Part shown: positions 12,138-24,777 of the stretch, piece after piece
Numbering within the stretch: the stretch's first letter is position 1
Layout of the letters: each line of letters opens with the position of its first letter
Source of the DNA: Mobula birostris
Taxonomy: Eukaryota
NCBI RefSeq assembly: GCF_030028105.1
Contig: NC_092370.1
Location: forward strand, 40,310,643-40,374,642
Direction: 5' to 3'
DNA length: 64,000 nucleotides
The notes under the pieces: generated by a model
Databases searched by the model: none
What the model was told of the DNA's origin: nothing
What the model saw: the letters and a program-made list of their open reading frames with translations, nothing else
Program-made: the position numbers and the translations under genes

Positions 12138-12400
12138 CTGAGTCTGCCTACCATCCATCAGGGACATTTATCAGGAGTGCTGCATACACAGTATTATTAG
12201 GGATCCTACCCGTCCATCCAGCATCCTCTTTGACTTTCTACCATCAGACAGGAGACTCCGATGCATAAAAACAAGAAGGGTCAGGATGGGAAACAGTTTC
12301 TTCCCCCAGGCCATTGGGCTTCTGAACTTCCTGCTGCACCGTATTCAAAGTGTCACTAGTTAATCTGTTCCATACTGTACAGTAATTAATTTATGCACTT
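12138..12400 (+). mobile_element. Rex1/Babar-like 3' fragment
   Basis: Encodes LPSDRRLRCIKTRRVRMGNSFFPQAIGLLN-type C-terminus. Confidence 0.7.
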
Positions 12401-15145
12401 GCACAAGTGCTATATGGCAAACTGTCAGATGTTTTCCTGAAGTTTTGATGTTGGTTTACAAGCAGTTAGTATAAGTACGATCCCTGAGGTAAGTAACAAA
12501 TGAGCCTTCAGCCTGGCTTCTTGCCAGGAGGTCATGTCTCTTACAATTTCACCTAAAGCTGCCTTTCCAGTGCTCAAGCTCAAATCCAGTGGCTAACCTT
12601 GACTGTATTTGTGAAGATACTTCCTAGATTGAAAGAGATTTTAGACTTCAAAGCATTGGCATCAGAGATCCATATCATTCTAACTGATGCCAGGCACTGT
12701 GAACTTCCACCTTGCACTTTGTGACCAACTTGCCTTGGGCACCGAGGATAACAGAATCATACATTTTCTAAAGCCATTCTTGAAACATTCCTGTATTAGA
12801 CAAGGCTCTTCATTCCTTATTCACTTTATTACATCAGTGTCAAAACTTTCTGAAGAATTCTCTTATAGTGTCAAGGGTTGTATCTTTGGTGAATTCTAGT
12901 ATCTTTGCATCAGATTTCTCTTGCAAGCTGATGAGCTCTTTTAGAAAACCAGATGAGAAGGAAAATTGTTTATCTTGTGCCCACCTATTATTTTATGTGC
13001 ATTTTAGACGTGATGTTTGTTAATTGTCACATTTAACAGCAAGGTTAAATGAGCCTGCATTTGGGGTAAAAATAGCATTTTCCAAAATTCACTGACTATT
13101 TCTGGATTCCCAAGTTGACATGAAGGAGTAACAATAACAGGACAACATACTAAGATAATTGCAAATGTTTACATGTTTGTTTTAACAACTTGCTAAAGCC
13201 CAGAAATGTTAGTCCTCGCCTACTCTCGGGTTCTGGCCTCAAAACTGTAAGATCTTTGTCAGTTGTTGTATTTATCCATGCTGCTGTTGTAATGGGTCAC
13301 CTTTTCTTCTCCACGTCCTGAAATTGTAGTACTTGCATCATCTGATTGCCAAGTGTGGCGATAACTCCCCATATAGAATCGTATAGCATAGAAACAAACC
13401 ATTCAGCCCACTATATCCATACTGACCAGTGCACTCCCATCCTCATTGTTATCATGTACTAGAACTTGACCTATGGCCTTCCACTTAAGAGGTGCTATTA
13501 TGAAATGTATAGCGTTGTCACAGAGAGTCCAATAACATCTTTTGTACTACCTCCAGTGTGTTGTGAGTGTTCCTAAAATTTCTTTCATCGGAAAGACACT
13601 TGGAAGCAGACAAAGATTCATTTAAATTTATAACCTCAACCATGAAAATGGCTGGGTTTTAAGATGGTATCAAAACAACTATACAAAAATCTGCCAATGT
13701 CTTAGTAGGTTGTCCTTCAAATGATTATTTTGATGTCATCTTAGTGTCTCAGAAGAAGGCAGTAATGCAGTCGGACACGCATCCAGGCTTGGAAGTCGAT
13801 AAGAATGTAACTGATGAACTAATGAAATGCTTCTCCTTGGTGTTTGGGGAAAAGATTGTGGGGTATCACAGGCTTGCACATTAAATAGGAGGAGGATCCT
13901 CTCTGACTCAGAGCCTTGCCATACTGGAAGAGAGGATTTTATGGGCAATTGGATAACCAGGAGCCTTGCAGCGTCCAAACCGCGGGAAGCTCTCAAACTT
14001 TGTCGTAAGCACCTGTCTTGGATATCTTCAATCATTTCCCACTTCTTTTTGAATAGCCTATTCTGTCTACATGCATTTGTGTGAACACAAGCTCAGATGC
14101 TGGTAAAATGAGGACAGATATTGCCCAGGAGGATTCTGTGAGGGCTAAGAAAGGAACAACTTACATGAAAGGTGACAGAAATGTATACCAAAGTGGTTGA
14201 GGCATTATCCATTGTTTGACAAAATGTATCCCAAGCTAATAAGGAAGCGGGAAGGACTCATCCCGAGTTTCTTGCAGGGAAAAAGTGTACAGTCAAAAGA
14301 ACAACATCAGGTCAACTCTGGAACGAGTGTGTTCTTTTGCATGGCACCTGGTAATTTTACAAAGGGTTGTAGTTCTGGTTTCACCTTTCTTGATGGCACA
14401 GACGGAAGTCGTTCAAATTTTCACATCAATGCATTGTCTCTGATTGACCCATTAAAGTGCTACTGATCATAACCCAGGAGCAGGTTGCTGTCATGAGAGG
14501 ATAGAGAGATGCCATCTGTGAGCAGATTGCTGCTCTCCAGGAATTGAGTAATTATCAAGTCAATGAGTCGGGTGGGGACAGGTGTATAACTCACAGGGAC
14601 AGTCTATTGTTCAGCAAGAAAGTCAATTTAGTCAGAAAGTAGTTATTTAAAGAACGAACAAAGCCAAAATTATAGAAAACTGTCCCAATTAAATTGGAGC
14701 AAATTCTTCGGAGAAATCTAGTGAGTGTAGGGTAGTTAGGTATAAATTGTGTGCAGAATCAATATCAGTCATCTGCAAGCTTGATTGATGTGGGAATTAT
14801 CCAATCAGCTCCACTCAGTCTAGTTGTACTGTTGTATTATATGCAGCCTTGAAGATGAACTAGTGATGCAGAAAATCCTTCCTCATATCTCTGTGTGATT
14901 GCAATAGCATCAGGATGAGCTTATTGGCTCCAATGAATGAGAAAGTACAAAGAGAATACATTTTTGGTCTTTGCTAAATCATAATTGGTTATATTAAATA
15001 ACATTTTTGTTACTGTTTGATAATGCCACTAATGTTAATTATGAATTTAAATTACATAGCCAAATTAGCATTTAAAATGAAACTGGACTTCCCCAAAGCT
15101 TAATGGGAAGACTTACCAATTGATTTGGCACTAGGAATGCTGCCT

Positions 15146-15320
15146 GCAGTTTGATTTACTGGTCTTGCTGAGTTAACTGACTGGGCCAGCAGTAGGCAGG
15201 CTATTGTCCTCCTGACCTCAGTCCAGGGAAAGGAAATACTTGGTGAAAGGGATTACTCCAGAGGGTATCCAGTGACTGTTGTTGGAAAGTACACACCCAT
15301 GTATGTTCAGGAAAACTGAG
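15146..15320 (+). mobile_element. LF-SINE-like ancient SINE remnant
   Basis: ggtcttgctgagttaactga..cagcagt..tatccagtgac..tggaaagt resembles the recalled LF-SINE-like consensus. Confidence 0.35.
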
Positions 15321-15971
15321 GTTTATATAATATCAGGAAAACATTCTGGCTGGTTTTTCTGCTCCTTCACCTCAGACCTGGTGCACTCCTGATGAACAGT
15401 GGTCGCGCCCTGGCTCAGAAGCAAGTGAATTTGCCATCATTTGCATGTCCGCGCAATCCTGTGGCTTACAGCTCCAACACAGACTCATCCACATCCGGCA
15501 GGAGGTGGCTCTGCTAGGAGAGAAGGAAACTTGTGCACGTCTGAGAATGAGAATTTCAGACTACTTGACCAGGTTAGCAGCTGTAAACCCCCTGCAAAGT
15601 TCAACAGTGCTATGAAGAGGTCATGGGCTGTGATGGTGTAACACCAACGTACAACCTCTTCTTGAATAGCTAGACTCCGACATTCTAATTCATTGAGCAT
15701 CTTTGCAATGTTAAAGGATTAATTGTCAATCTTTGTAACTATGATATTGAGAAAGGAAAAAAACACTAGTTAGTGGTGCATTTTTTGTCTTCTTTTAGCA
15801 GGTGACTGTGTTCAGGCCCCCCAAGTCTATCACCTTGGGAATGAGATAGTTGACACTGGATGTCACGGCCACCTTTCACCACATGAAATGAGGGATCTTT
15901 TCCTGCTCTTTCCAGCATTCTACTTTTTGTATTGGCCTCCTTCTAATACCAATACTGGTATGGAGAAGCCT

Positions 15972-16235
15972 ACAAAGTTCAAAGTACATTTTATTATCAA
16001 AGTACGCATAAATTATACAACCTTGAGATTCTTCTGCTTAAGGGCAGCCACTAAACAAGAAACCTGAAAGAACCCAATTTACAAAAAGACCAGCACCCTG
16101 TACAAAGAGAGAGAGAGAAAAATCAAATCAAATCATGCACACAAATGAAGCAAGCATCAGCATTTAGAACGAAATCGAGTCCATAAGCCCGAAGCCAGGA
16201 GCAGCCAGAGTGGGTCCATTGTCTCAGTCCATCAA
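15972..16235 (-). mobile_element. Non-autonomous element with Rex-like tail
   Basis: caaagttcaaagtacattttattatcaaagtac is nearly identical to the Rex tail at about 32600; body is different. Confidence 0.55.
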
Positions 16236-16244
16236 ATTTGCACA

Positions 16245-16700
16245 ACAGTGGTACAAAGAGTGGTGTATATAGCCCAAACCGTCACAGGAAAAGCCCACTC
16301 CACCATTGAGCAAACCTACAAAGAGTGGTGCCACAAGGAATCAGCAGTAATCATCAAAGGGCTCCTGCCATCACTCCATGCTCACTTCCCACTGCTTATT
16401 GTTTGCTTTTGTTGTATTTGCACAGTATTTTTTCTTTTGCATATTGATCTCCAAATTCTGTAGAAAAGTAGTGGATACACCCAGTCCATCGTGGGTAACC
16501 CCCCCCCCCCCACACTGTTGAGCATATCTACACAGAGTGCTGTCACAGGGCAGTAGCATTCATCATCAGGAACCCCTCCCCCACCACCAGATTATGCTCA
16601 CTTCTCACTGCTACCATCAGGAAGAAGGTACAGGAGCTCAAGGGCCCACACGCCAGGTTCAGGAACAGTTACTAACACTCAACAATCAGGCTCTTGAACT
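16245..16700 (+). mobile_element. Two tandem Rex1/Babar-like 3' fragments
   Basis: QRVVYIAQTVTGKAHSTIEQ, and a second copy ending ccatcaggaagaaggtacaggagc..aggctcttgaac. Confidence 0.7.
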
Positions 16701-16718
16701 CAACTTCAAGTGTTCAAG

Positions 16719-17269
16719 TAGGGTTAAACTCACTTCAGCATGTCTTTTACAGTTAGGCTTTGCCAACTTTCTCACTCCCAAATAAGGGACAAAAGTAGCA
16801 GTCAAATACGGGACACTTGTTTTTACCCTGAGAAAGACTACCATGACCATGAAGCCTTGCATGGGCACCTGTGTGCACATGCGTGAAGTGCCGATTTTTT
16901 TTCCACACATCAGTTTTGGCTTAGTCTTCCCGACTATACTGTACATACATTATTTTTACTTTATATAAGCTGTGTATTTATCGTATCATTCCTGCTTTTA
17001 CTATATGTTGGTGTTCTTATTTAGGTTTTATGTGTTATTTGGTATGATTTGCTAGGTTATTTTTTGGGTCTGGGAGCACTCAAAAATTTTTCCCATATAA
17101 ATTAATGGTAATTGCTTCTTCGCTTTACTCCATTTCAGCACGAAAGGTTTCATAGGAACGCTCTGCCTTAGCGGGGGAAATACGGGACAAGGGCGGTCCC
17201 GTATGGGACAAACCAATTTAGCCCAATATATGGGATGTCCTAGCAAATACGGGACAGTTGGCAACCCTA
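16719..17269. mobile_element. hAT-type non-autonomous DNA transposon (MITE)
   Basis: Ends TAGGGTT...AACCCTA; perfect 8-bp TSD TGTTCAAG (16711-16718, 17270-17277); repeated subterminal AAATACGGGACA motifs. Confidence 0.8.
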
Positions 17270-17277
17270 TGTTCAAG

Positions 17278-17381
17278 TTCAACACTGCGTGACAAGGAAT
17301 GAGGAAAGGTGCAGCTGACTCATATTGTTTCCTCGTAGCCCGGTAGCACATGCTTTGCGGCCCGGTGGTTGGGGTCCGCTG
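17278..17381. mobile_element. End of an outer hAT-Charlie-like element
   Basis: Terminus ggttggggtccgctg (reverse complement CAGCGGACCCCAACC) with GCGGCCCGG-like repeats. Confidence 0.55.
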
Positions 17382-17498
17382 TTGTAAACAGACTCATGGA
17401 TTACTGCTGCCATTGTATACAATTTAAAAATCAATTGACAAATGGTTTTATTAATTTGTTCCTAACTTTGATCAGTACTTAGCTTTGGGAGTGACAAT

Positions 17499-17638
17499 CC
17501 CAGTCCTGATGAAGGGTCTCAACCTGAAATCTCAACCGCTCATTTCCCTCCATAGATATTGCTTGATCTGCTGAGTTCTTCCAGCAGTTTGTAAGCAATA
17601 ATTCAGTTTCCAGCATCTGCAGTTTCTCTTGTGTCTCC
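17499..17638 (+). mobile_element. PLE pLTR 3' end with decayed hammerhead
   Basis: AGTCCTGATGAAGGGTCTCAACCTGAAAT..ctgctgagttcttccagca..ccagcatctgcag. Confidence 0.75.
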
Positions 17639-18665
17639 AGAGAAATAAAGATCCATTCTATGGTTTATTCTTTAAAAGCAAATTCGGCTGTATTTTCAAA
17701 TGTAGCAGATAAACTATTCTAAAATAGGAGAGACATGTCGTACATATATAACTTCTGGAAAGTGAGTTGGATCAATTGGCATCAGACTTCATTATAATCC
17801 CCAGAATACATATAATATGCACCAGCAATTAAGTGTGAAGTTGCGGAAAGTGAGAAATTCAGGTGATTACGTCCAAAAAAGCATTAAGGCTTTTCGCGTC
17901 TTAGATCAGAACACTTTGTTATTAATGTTTGTGATAAACTACATAGAAAAGTGTAGAAAATCTGGTCTATAATTGCAAAATGCTCTGCTCTGAAATATCT
18001 TTTTTCCCCCTGTAGGTTTTACTGTATGACCGTCAGCCAAGTAGAGCATTGATTTCTTCCATGACGTGCATAAGCATAGCTGTTAATTTTTGATTGCATG
18101 ATAATCAGGAAAATATCAATCTCATTAATCCCTAATTTGGATCGAAATGCAGCCGTATTTAAGTTCACATTTCTAAAGCCAATATGACTTGTATGATCAT
18201 TGTGTTGGAGAACATTTTCAATTGCTGCAAACAGCAGTTAGTAATTTAATTTTGCTTTATTTTAGTATGTATTTGTTAATTATGACATTTTTGGGTTATG
18301 TATTAATCATAACATCAAAAACATATGAAGTGACAATCTTTTATTCTGCAATAAAAACAGACTTGACAGGTGACAGCAGTATCTACACTAAATTTCTCGC
18401 CCATCAATGTCTCTCTGCTCTCTCTCCCTCATTAAATTTAAATTACTCCTGTTAGTGAAAACTTGACAACAGACTTGAAGGCAGTATACCTTGCAGAATA
18501 TCATTAGATTAAAATTTCTTATGCATGTTACACAATAAGTAAAATCTTTTCATGCAAGTAGGCTCAGTTCATTTCTGATAAATCCACAATAGTATAGTAT
18601 TTCCTCGTGCTGGAATGTCATTAATGTAGTGTCTTTGCTGTATCTTTACAATCAGTCTGCCAATT

Positions 18666-18945
18666 TGAGACACAAAAGACTGTAGATGTTAGAATCTGGA
18701 CCAAAAAACAAACTGCTGGAGGAATTCAGTGAGTCAGGCCGGATCTATAGAGGGAAATAGAAGTAAATCTTTTGGATCAAGATCCTTCATCTGAACTTGT
18801 GCTGTCCGCCAAGGCTATCTGCAGCTCCCAGTTACAAGCCATATTAATTCCTGTCCAGAATTCCACACCAACCTGGGTCTGATTTCGGCCCCCTCCTCTG
18901 CCAACTATAGGAACAGCACCTCATATTCTACCTGGGTACACTAGA
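18666..18945. mobile_element. PLE remnant: inverted pLTR plus decayed GIY-YIG C-terminus
   Basis: Minus-strand pLTR 18666-18797, then + strand LPVTSHINS..EQHLIFYLGTL. Confidence 0.6.
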
Positions 18946-19511
18946 GATTCTCCCATGATGATGTCATTGATTGAAGTCAGTGTTGTTCAGCCATTAGTGT
19001 GTGTAAAGGGTTGTGTTCAGCAAAACCCAGGCCACAGTATCAAAGGTGTTCTATTTCAGAGGGGTTTCTGTAGAGATATTAAGCATTTGCTTCCAGTCTA
19101 ATAACTATGGCACAAGTCGTTCAAAAGCTTCACAGCGGAAACTTGTGCTTAAAGATGTCTCATTGTTGTCAGCCTATCATTCATAGAGGTGAAGGTTTCT
19201 GCCAGAAAAATAAGCTTCTTTTTCGAGACACTTTTAGGTTTACTACCAAATTATATAGAAGTCTAAAGCATTTTGTCCCAGTTGACAAATAGCACTGAGG
19301 AAGGAGTGAGGAACAGAGACAAAGCAAACTTAATTTTTCAATTCATTTCTTCAACATGAGGAAATACCAAGGTGTTACCATGAGTTCTTTGACAACTGGA
19401 GATGATTTCTCTACCTGTTTTTCTCCAGTGCATCTTGACTTCTCGCTAGCTGAAGACACCCATTTTGCCTCTGTAAATCCTGCCCACTGCCCATTATTGC
19501 ATTGCCACTAT

Positions 19512-19760
19512 GGAGCGGCACAGTAGCGTAGCGGTTAGCATAACGCTTTACAGCGCCAGTGACCCAGGTTCATTTTCCACCACCATTTGTAAGGAGTTTG
19601 TACATGTTCCCTAAGACCACATGGGTTTCCTGGAAGCATGCCGACTCTTGTGGGCTGCCACCAGCACATTTTCTGACTCTGTTGGTCATGGTGCAAACAA
19701 CACATTGCATTGTACTGTATGTTTTGATATACATATGACAAATAAAACTAATCTTTAACT
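19512..19760 (+). mobile_element. V-SINE head with a non-CR1 (Rex-like) tail
   Basis: gcggcacagtagcgtagcggttagc tRNA-like head plus partial V-domain, then tail ..gatatacatatgacaaataaaactaatct. Confidence 0.65.
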
Positions 19761-20611
19761 CTGTTCCCAAGTAGCTTTAAAGTTTCATTTTCAAATTTGG
19801 CTGCTCATATATGTAGGAGATTGCTGGTAATAAGAAATATTATGCATCAAGAAATCAAATCACAGTGCTTTGAAGTGTTGGCATATCAAACTTTTGCTTT
19901 ATATAACACTTATGTTATTTGCTTTATAAAATTAGTTGTAATTTAGGCTAATTCAATGTGATTGCAATGGTATTAGGTAACACATTACTCTTGTAAAGCT
20001 TTATTCCCTGCAATTTGGGAAGCAAGCTAACTCAGTCCAAACTGCGACGGTGAACAAACTCTCTCAGATGATACAGAGCCATCTGCTCATAAATCATACC
20101 TTCATATTTGCACAAATAATTCATCCACAACTCAAATCACAGCTGATTTATTGGTGGAAGATGCTCTTGCCTTGTCTGAAGTGGGAGATGAAAAGGAGGG
20201 GGTGGATACCCTAGTACCTTACAGTGCCATTTATCATCCAAGAAATAATTTTTACTGAGGCTTCTTAAACAAAAGGTTATTTCTCTGTCACCTCTCTGAC
20301 CAAGTTCTTTGTCCTTGATATGGAAACTAGATTACTATTTCAGTTACTATTTAACTCTTTATAAGTTGGAATTTAACATAATACAATTAGTAATCCATCT
20401 TCACATTATAAAACCTGGCTACATTATCCTGACACAAGTTTTCATAAGTGCATGATTCTTTTGCTGAATTAGGTGCCAGATTTGATGTTAACCTGGTGCC
20501 ATATTTGTGTTTCATGGGTTTTATACTAAATGACTGACTATATAAGATGTCTTTAGAATTTATAACTCAGCTCCAGATCCATGCATTGATTTAGTGTATG
20601 TTTGGTAGTCA

Positions 20612-20963
20612 ATTCATCATCGTTATGTGTTGTGTCGTATGATGTAGGTGATCATGGTCTCGACCATGATTGTCTTGGCAAATTTTTCTACAGAAGCAGT
20701 TTGACATTGTTGCCTTCTGGGCAGTGTTTTTACAAGACAGATGACCCCAACCAGTATCAATATTCTTCAGAGACTGTCTGCCTGATGTCAGTGGTCGTAT
20801 GACCAGGACTTGTGATTTGCAACAACTGCTGATATGACCATCCAGCCCCTGCTCCCGTGGCTTCACATGATCTAAGCAGGTGCTACACCTTGCCCAAGAG
20901 TAAACTATAGGCTGGCGGAGGGAAGGAGTGCCTGCGGTAGAGATGTATCTCCACCTTGCCACC
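20612..20963 (-). mobile_element. RTE-related non-autonomous element/SINE
   Basis: Minus strand ends ..catacgacacaacacataacgatgatga (RTE-like tail) preceded by aaactgcttctgtagaaaaatttgccaag (RTE 5' UTR-like). Confidence 0.55.
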
Positions 20964-23900
20964 CAGATGGTTAATTAGCTACTGGAAATTATCCCAGCAT
21001 AGACGATGGCAGGAGAATCAGGGAGGAGTTAATGAAAATGTGAGGAAGAAGAGATTATATGAAATGAGTTGCGGAATGGGGCTGATGAGAGTGTTTTGAG
21101 AAGCACCATAGACTCAGAGGGCTGAATGGTCTTTAAACAGTTTGCTTGATTGATCTTCATTTCAACCTTCAATCATCACTTTTAATAGATCTTCCTATTA
21201 AAAAAAATAGATAACACAGATTTTGCTTCCTGAACTCTTTTTGATGTATATTATGGCTGCCGATCATGAAAAATCATGAAATTTCCCTATCAAGCACCAT
21301 TCTTTTGAGATCACCTATATTTGTTATTTCAATTCATAATTCAAGTCATTTAACATGTTGCCCAAAATGTAAGCTGAAATGTTTTCTATCTTGTTCAGAA
21401 AATAAATTTAAGAGGGGGGATATAACCTACTATTTGCGATATTGTTTTTTTTCACTCGCTGGTATTGAATGTTCCCCAATAATTTCTCGAATTCCAGCAG
21501 TGATTCAGTTTCCTTTGAGCATAGTTGTCCAAATTTTTGGAGCTGGGAACCAGGAAACCACTGAAGCAATCAAGCAAGATCATGTCTGGTTGCAGAGAAA
21601 TGCAGATTTCCAAAACGCAAATTGAGGAGACTCATACGCCAGTCCAAGATTTTACAAGGAATTCGAGAGACCCATGTATTTTACAATAGAAGGAACATTC
21701 CAACTGAATAAAAGTTTCTGATAGCAGAATGAGCAAGCTATTCCTGTGTAAATAAACATAGTGCTGCTGCATGATTGACCAAATGTTTTCCTGTCAATTT
21801 GTTTGCTAATAGTATTGCACAGTTCCAATTTTGTTACTGATCTTGAAGGGTAAGGCAGCAGTAGTTGGTGGAGGAATCAGGTTCCACTCAAAATACACTT
21901 TAAAAAGGTGCACCTTGAAATTCACACTTTAGTGTTAAAATCTGAAAAAATAAAATGGGGCTGTATTATACTTCACCAAAATTCAATTCCACTGAGTACA
22001 AGTACTATTACTGTTATTGAGTGGCTGTTACTATTTGGGTATTTGGATCTGATGCTGAATATTCAATTTTGAGACGAGATTAATCACATGACTTTCACTT
22101 AGATATCTTGCAACCTAATAACTTCTAATTAATTACCTTAATAACAATTAATTAATAATACATAATTTTTAATTTTCAACTTTTAAATTTGCAAGGTATT
22201 TCTTTGCCCTTCCAAATAAGGAGTTTATCTGCTTGACCTTTGATTCACCTACCCGAATTAAGGTAGCAGAATAGCACTAATGAGTTACCTTTAAGTTGGG
22301 AGCACCAGTGTATCCTTGACAGCAGTGCAAAGCCCTTTCAGAAGAAGAGGATCTTGTGGCAGCCCTGCCTTGCTTGTGGCCTGAGTCAGTAATCCAGTGG
22401 CAGCCTTGCCTCGTTCTAAATTACGGCTGAATCTTCTTTGTGCACTCACATGGTGTTCTTCCTTGATGGCAGTAGGCTTCTTTTTTTCACGGCTGAAATT
22501 TTGAATATGAATTAGAGTAGTGGCTTAATTAAAATTATACCCTGAAATATTGTGAACTCAATACATATGTAACTAATTAATACATAGCAGCAGAAATAAG
22601 AGACAGGAAAGTATGGACTAAATAATCAGCTCCTGAATTCTTTAAATCCTCTACAATTTTTCTGTGGAACTTCTGAAAGTGCGTATCTGAATCATTGACA
22701 TCTCAGTGGAAAGATGTTTCTGCATGACCCCCAGGGTAAGTGTCTTCTGCTGGTATTTTGTACTGTGAAGACTAGTCTAGGTACTGGATTCCAATCACAA
22801 AATGCTACTGGGTAGACATGCTTGGAGGCCAGGGAAAGATGAGGTTCCATGCACAGTACACAGTATCTATGGGGTAATCAGTTGCAGAATTCTTCCAGAC
22901 AGATTTGGATTAATGCTTTCTCATATTGGCAAACAATCAGACATTGCAAAACATTTTTTGTGAATTGCTTTCATTATGACATTAAAATAGGAGATAATTA
23001 CATGAATAAGAGAATGAAAATGCATATTTTAATAAGCAGTTCATTTTATTTAGAGGACACATTTCTGAGTAGGAAATAATCTACAGTACATGAGAAGTGG
23101 CAGTTTCTTTGGGATATACTGGAATGTTCTCATGAGGCTGCATGCATGTCGCTTTGTATTTCTTGACACTTAATGGCATCAGAATCTCTTGTTTGTAAAA
23201 GGATGAAAATTGAGCCCTATTTCTTTGCTAAGTGAGTATCATAAGATGAATTAGCGTTAAATTTTCTCCTTTGCTACACACATTCTTTGACATGGTGTTT
23301 AATAGTGTTAAGCCTATCACTGCTGATCTAAACGTGTCTGAAGTAAACGATGACCCTTGCGTCTCCATAATAGTGAAACGTCTCTCTGATGTGAGTTCAT
23401 GGACCTGGAGCATTAAGTTAATTTTGCCCTGGATTTTTGAGTTGCGTCTTTATTTACCCCGCGGAAACACAGTGAAGAATACAGATTTTGACCGAATGAC
23501 AGAGCGTAGAGGGTACAATTAGGTGCATTAAATTAGAATATGACAAAAAGCCTATCTAAATATTTGTCATGATGTTATCTATTCAATATAATGGTCTGTT
23601 CATGAAGTGAAAGCAGACGCACACAGGCACTTAATTTTGTAAATAATTGGTGGGTTTTCATTATCCTTTATCAGCTTTGAAGGCATAATTGAGGGTATGG
23701 TGTAAATTGTCATAGGTCAAGATTTGATGATTTGGTTTATAATCTAGGATTAGACCTTGTTTTATTTCTATTTTACCCAGATTTAACTCTCTGAATACTC
23801 AGCAAGAATTGCTATTTTTTGACCCAAAGCAGGTGTTCTTGCATCAGATCAAATGCCTATGTTCTCAGCTGGGGAATGGAATATAACATAAGAAAGCAAA

Positions 23901-24777
23901 AAAAAATGGGGGAAAGCTTAAAATTAAGTTATTAATAATACCGTTTAAAATAAAATAAATGTAATTCCTTTATAGGAAAGAAATTCAGCAAACACAGGGT
24001 TAATGTGGCTGCATAAATTTTCCTTGGATGTATATTAGTAAAACCCTGTGATCCCATGATCTTTGATTAGATTTGAGCCAGTAAATATCTTGTGATTAAT
24101 CAAAGTGGGTTGTTCTGCATGTAGTATAAGTCACCTTCACAGATGGGATGTAAATGTCTGTATTGTTTGCTGAAATTATTTCATGTCTTGCCATCTATTT
24201 CTGTAGCTGAAAAAGATCGGCACGAGAAATTAATCATTTATTATTTCTCTGTTTAAGCTGGCCAACTAATAAACAAAGCAAAAGGGAACACCCCCTGATG
24301 TGACAGGAACAAATCAATAAGGCCAGACTGAGCAAGGGCAGAAATCCTTGTCGTACTTGGCAAATTTGAATGGCCTTGCTGTACAGCAGTGTTTCATCTG
24401 CCAAACTATATGTGGCAAAATGTTGCTGATGTCTATTCAAGAAGTAATGATTAAGGTTCCCATTAAATCCATGCCTGAGTACATAAGATGTAAAAATCAG
24501 GTAAAGGCCACAAAATTCAAATATGTGTTTTGCTATTTGGATAGTGAGATTTTACTTAGATTATTCCAATAATTCTAACATTGGTTTGAGCAGTTTGTTA
24601 ACACTGTACAAGAAAAGTCAGGCAGTCCGTGACTTATCTCATTTTAGAGGGCCATATTTTACCGAGAGGAGAAATCAAGCAGATTTGAGACAATGTGATC
24701 CAGGGTAACTTATCATGGATTGCTAAGGACAGGCACCGGCAGGTTTCTAATAACAAGTTAACCACCAGTATTCACCG

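Noticed and set aside
13700-14500. Coding-like composition, possibly a decayed retroelement pol
   Set aside because: Only a faint LGYILSNNG resemblance on the minus strand; not enough to call.
16780-17256. AAATACGGGACA repeats as a CRISPR-like array
   Set aside because: Irregular spacing, only 12 bp, inside a hAT element; these are subterminal repeats in eukaryotic DNA.
17499-18797. Inverted pLTR pieces at 17499 and 18666 as the two ends of one element
   Set aside because: They are tail-to-tail, opposite to the arrangement at 6127-7523, and the intervening DNA is not PLE-like.
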